62,031 nucleotides of DNA. It comes from Saprolegnia diclina VS20 (Eukaryota). Made by a program: the position numbers and the translations under genes. The stretch's first letter is position 1. The number at the start of each line of letters is the position of its first letter. The notes beneath the pieces were generated by a model, which was not told where the DNA came from, ran no database searches, and saw only the letters and a list, made by a program, of their open reading frames with translations. The DNA lies in NCBI RefSeq assembly GCF_000281045.1, contig NW_008246092.1, positions 498,596 through 560,626 of the forward strand, written 5' to 3'. Of this stretch, positions 59,058-62,031 are shown one piece after another.

Positions 59058-60182
59058 TTACTCAAACCCAAGCCGCTGACGAACAGCGCGTAGCAAGACA
59101 CGCCAGATGACAGCGCCTTGATAGAGCAGCTCGGGCAGCGTCTCGAGGCCGTCTTGGTCGCGGCCCGAGTACTTGTGATGCAGCGCCGGCTGGAACTTGG
59201 GACTCGTAATCACTTCGCGCTGGAAGAGGCCGAGCATGAGCGCCATGCCCTGGAACTGCCCCGGGCACTTGCGAATGCCAGCGCCAAAGCGCATCGCGCT
59301 GTCGCTCGTCATGTTGTCAATAGGTACAAAGACGTGCGTACCGGGGGCAATGACCACTGCGTCGTCCACGACCAGACCGTGTTCGAGGTAGCGTTCAATG
59401 ATGATAAAGGGATGGGCCATGTCGATGGCCTTGTGGATGAGATCGGTCGGCGCTGTCTCTGCTTCGCCGCGGCGCACGAGCAATCCGACAGTGACCGCAA
59501 TGTCCGAAATATTGATCGACGGCGAGAGAAAGAATGGCTGCAAAATGAGCGAAAAGTACTCGGGGTCGCGCCAGTTTTCGCCAAAGAGGTCGTAGATCAG
59601 TGGCGTCGCCTCAATGTGCGCGATCGTCCAGTCGACAAAGCGGTTCTTGAGCGCCATATCGCCTTTGCCCTTGAGCGCGATCTCCATCCTCCATGCGTTG
59701 GTCGCGTCGACGATCCAGTCGGCGTCGTCCTTGGGCAGCGGCCGCGCAAAAATCCACTCGAAAAGCGATGCAATCGAAATGTGCACCACCCCCCGCGCGC
59801 AGAGAACGTCGTGGGACGCGACGTAGTTGGTCGTGACGGTCGATGTGATCTGCTGCAGGTCCTGGGACGACGGCAGTTGCTTCATGAGAACGACGAGGTT
59901 GGCCTTCATGCGGCTCCAGCGCGGGTCGTCGATCGACTCGATCGAGATGGCAGGCAGCCACGCGGGCTCGGAGAATTCGTGCTCGATGAAGACGCCTTTG
60001 TTGGTCGACGCCTTGAAGACCTTAGCAGCGAGCGCGGGCGAGTCCACCCAGACAACCGGCACACCCTTGAGGAACGCGAGCGTGTTGAGGATCACCTTGC
60101 GGAGCGACGGCGCGCGAAAGCCGACGTAAAAGAGCGCCGACGCCACGACGACGCCGAGCGCGAGTCCGACTTGGTAGGCCAT
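59058..60182 (-). CDS. Short atypical cytochrome P450-like protein, copy 2 (intronless, convergent with copy 1)
   Basis: FGAGIRKCPG; colinear paralogue of 57396-58523 (e.g. shared SPKFQPALHHKYSGRDQDG). Confidence 0.8.
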   Translation of the reverse strand: MAYQVGLALGVVVASALFYVGFRAPSLRKVILNTLAFLKGVPVVWVDSPALAAKVFKASTNKGVFIEHEFSEPAWLPAISIESIDDPRWSRMKANLVVLMKQLPSSQDLQQITSTVTTNYVASHDVLCARGVVHISIASLFEWIFARPLPKDDADWIVDATNAWRMEIALKGKGDMALKNRFVDWTIAHIEATPLIYDLFGENWRDPEYFSLILQPFFLSPSINISDIAVTVGLLVRRGEAETAPTDLIHKAIDMAHPFIIIERYLEHGLVVDDAVVIAPGTHVFVPIDNMTSDSAMRFGAGIRKCPGQFQGMALMLGLFQREVITSPKFQPALHHKYSGRDQDGLETLPELLYQGAVIWRVLLRAVRQRLGFE

Positions 60183-60399
60183 TGTGCAACGAGCTGGCAA
60201 GAATGCAAATGAACATGAAAGCAACGGCCGTGCCCTTTCGCTGCACGAGAAGGTGGCTGCCGTCCACCAGCCGCTCGAGTGAACGCCACCGGCTGGGCGC
60301 AAGCGAGAGCAGCATTCAACACCAAATGATCCGACACACGAGAGCGCAGGGATGAGTCGTGCGTTACGTCCAAGGCTGGACAGGTGCTACCCTTTCCCT

Positions 60400-62031
60400 C
60401 GGATGAACGACCGGCCCTTTACAGACGTTTCGACAGCCAGTTTGTCCATGTCTAGAACATAAACACGCAAAGACGACGCTCTCTTTCATAGCCGCGCTTT
60501 GGATCCACGGCTTCCTCGGCCTTTACCGCGGGCATGTGCAACACACTGAGGAAGGCTGCATAGACTTGGTCTACATTGGACTTCAAGTACATGCATGATC
60601 GTTTTGCTGCGATATTCGAATGGTGGGTGCATCGCGCTGCCAGTGCAGAGGAGCACTACAGCCACACCCGGTTCTGGCAATGTCGATAGCGCGTTTCCAT
60701 TTCGCAAGCATGTCAAGACGACGGATTCTCATACAGCATCAACAAGATCTTTGTTTCAGAGTGCGCAACGTGTTTGAGCTATAGCATCGGCCAGATGTCC
60801 TGTAAGGATGAATGTCAGCGCAGAGAACGAAGTCACTTGGTGTACGAAGCGGCGTGGAGTCCCGTCGAATCGCAACGTGTAGAAACGCGGTTGGTTTAGC
60901 AACTTGCAGTTTTGCGGTGGAGTCACGCGTTCATCAGCAGATCGGATTCGATTCGGAGGGTTCCTTCTTCGCCGCTCGCAAATTTATTGATAATCTTTGG
61001 ACGAGCTCAACATGTGATGCGCAAACATGTGATTTTGCGCAGCATTTAGCAGTCAACGTTTTTACCCTCCAAAGAGTCAACAAGTCGCTCGAAACATCGC
61101 ACAAGTTTGGAAAAGCGCTGACAACCAGCGGAACGCAGCGAAAGCGGTCCGACCATCGCACCTTCGGAACCGTTGGTGTGAACTCATGACCAGATTGGCG
61201 GTCGCCAGGTCCAATGATGCGGCATCCGTTGCCGGCAAGTGTCGAGCGAGGTGCTAGGTTAGCGGTATTTGCTACTACAATAGTACGTGTGTGCATTTTG
61301 AAAAAAATAGGCGGTTGTGGCGTATCGTTCATCGCACCGTTGGGTGCGAGAAGGTCCATACCGCAGGCGGGCCTCAACGTACTAGTTAGTACTGGATAAG
61401 CTCTTGTTCTCATCGGTGGGTATGCTTCGTTTTGGCAGCTGAAAGGATTTGTGTTCCTCATCATCGCGAGCGACAAGCACACCGCAGTGCGGCGAACCGC
61501 CTCGGTTAAAAGAGCCAAGCGCTCATGCATCGAAGGTTCTGGTGTAGTGTAGTACAGTACTGCGAGGGCTCTATAACACAGTTGATGACGTTGACAAGGT
61601 GTGCAATCGCCAGGGTACCGGTACATGGATGTGGTGCGTCCCTTCGCAGGGCATCCTGGGTTGGCTTGAGCCAGGCAGTGAACCTCAGGTGCCTCGAGCT
61701 CGCCCATGTCCTCTCGTTTGTACGGTCACTGCTCGCTGCTCGCTCTGGCTGGTTAGGATACTAGTCCACCAAATAGAAATGATTTGCATACGTGCATGAC
61801 AGAGTACTGCGTGAACGTCGCCAGCGCAGCACTTTGAGAAGCCTGACAACGGATTTACCGGAAATAGTATGCATATATGCTACATGAAATAATATTACCT
61901 AGTGTCATGAAATAGTGTATTTAAACACTAGTTTGGGGTTGAAGCCGCTGCAACGTTGAATGCGGGAGCGATATGAAATAGTGTATGGCTTCGAAATTAT
62001 TTTTAAAATTATATACCCAAGCAGGTGCGTG
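60400..62031 (-). mobile_element. Possible degenerate DNA-transposon relic
   Basis: Lower GC and no clean gene model. Stop-interrupted minus frame RCTHHSNIAAK...TNWLS weakly recalls hAT CxxH/TRW motifs. Short repeats ATGAAATAGTGTAT near the window end. Confidence 0.25.

Noticed and set aside
60934..61707. 257-aa minus-strand ORF
   Set aside because: Composition unlike the real genes here and no recognisable domain.

Overview
Gene-dense eukaryotic window of roughly 60% GC with many very short (about 39-60 nt) GT-AG introns and two assembly gaps (22496-23199, 24274-24809). The gene content (MIT-domain chitin synthase, GGGKRC-repeat zinc-finger protein, flagellar-type genes) and intron style point to an oomycete, most likely Saprolegniales (inference). 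Recognisable genes: MCM3 (3' end), three tandem Orai/CRAC-channel paralogues, TMX2, an EF-hand LPCAT, an R3HDM4-like gene, a DUF2828/vWA protein, two orphan multi-TM paralogues, two M3 peptidyl-dipeptidases (Dcp), a UDP-glycosyltransferase, a 4TM-ankyrin-TIR-TIR protein, APN1, MRPL46, an MTA/SAH deaminase, chitin synthase, RAD9, a PHD/3xCW chromatin reader, a WDR93-like gene, a large protein ending in a His-less HPt-like domain, and an inverted pair of short atypical cytochrome P450s. Best leads: (1) the Orai triplet, whose members keep the two conserved channel glutamates in complementary fashion; (2) the membrane-anchored ankyrin-TIR protein with one catalytic-looking and one degenerate TIR; (3) ExxR-less short P450s; (4) a probable non-AUG-initiated mitochondrial presequence on Dcp copy 2; (5) the pseudo-HPt domain. 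All gene models were spliced by eye and family calls come from remembered motifs, not database searches.
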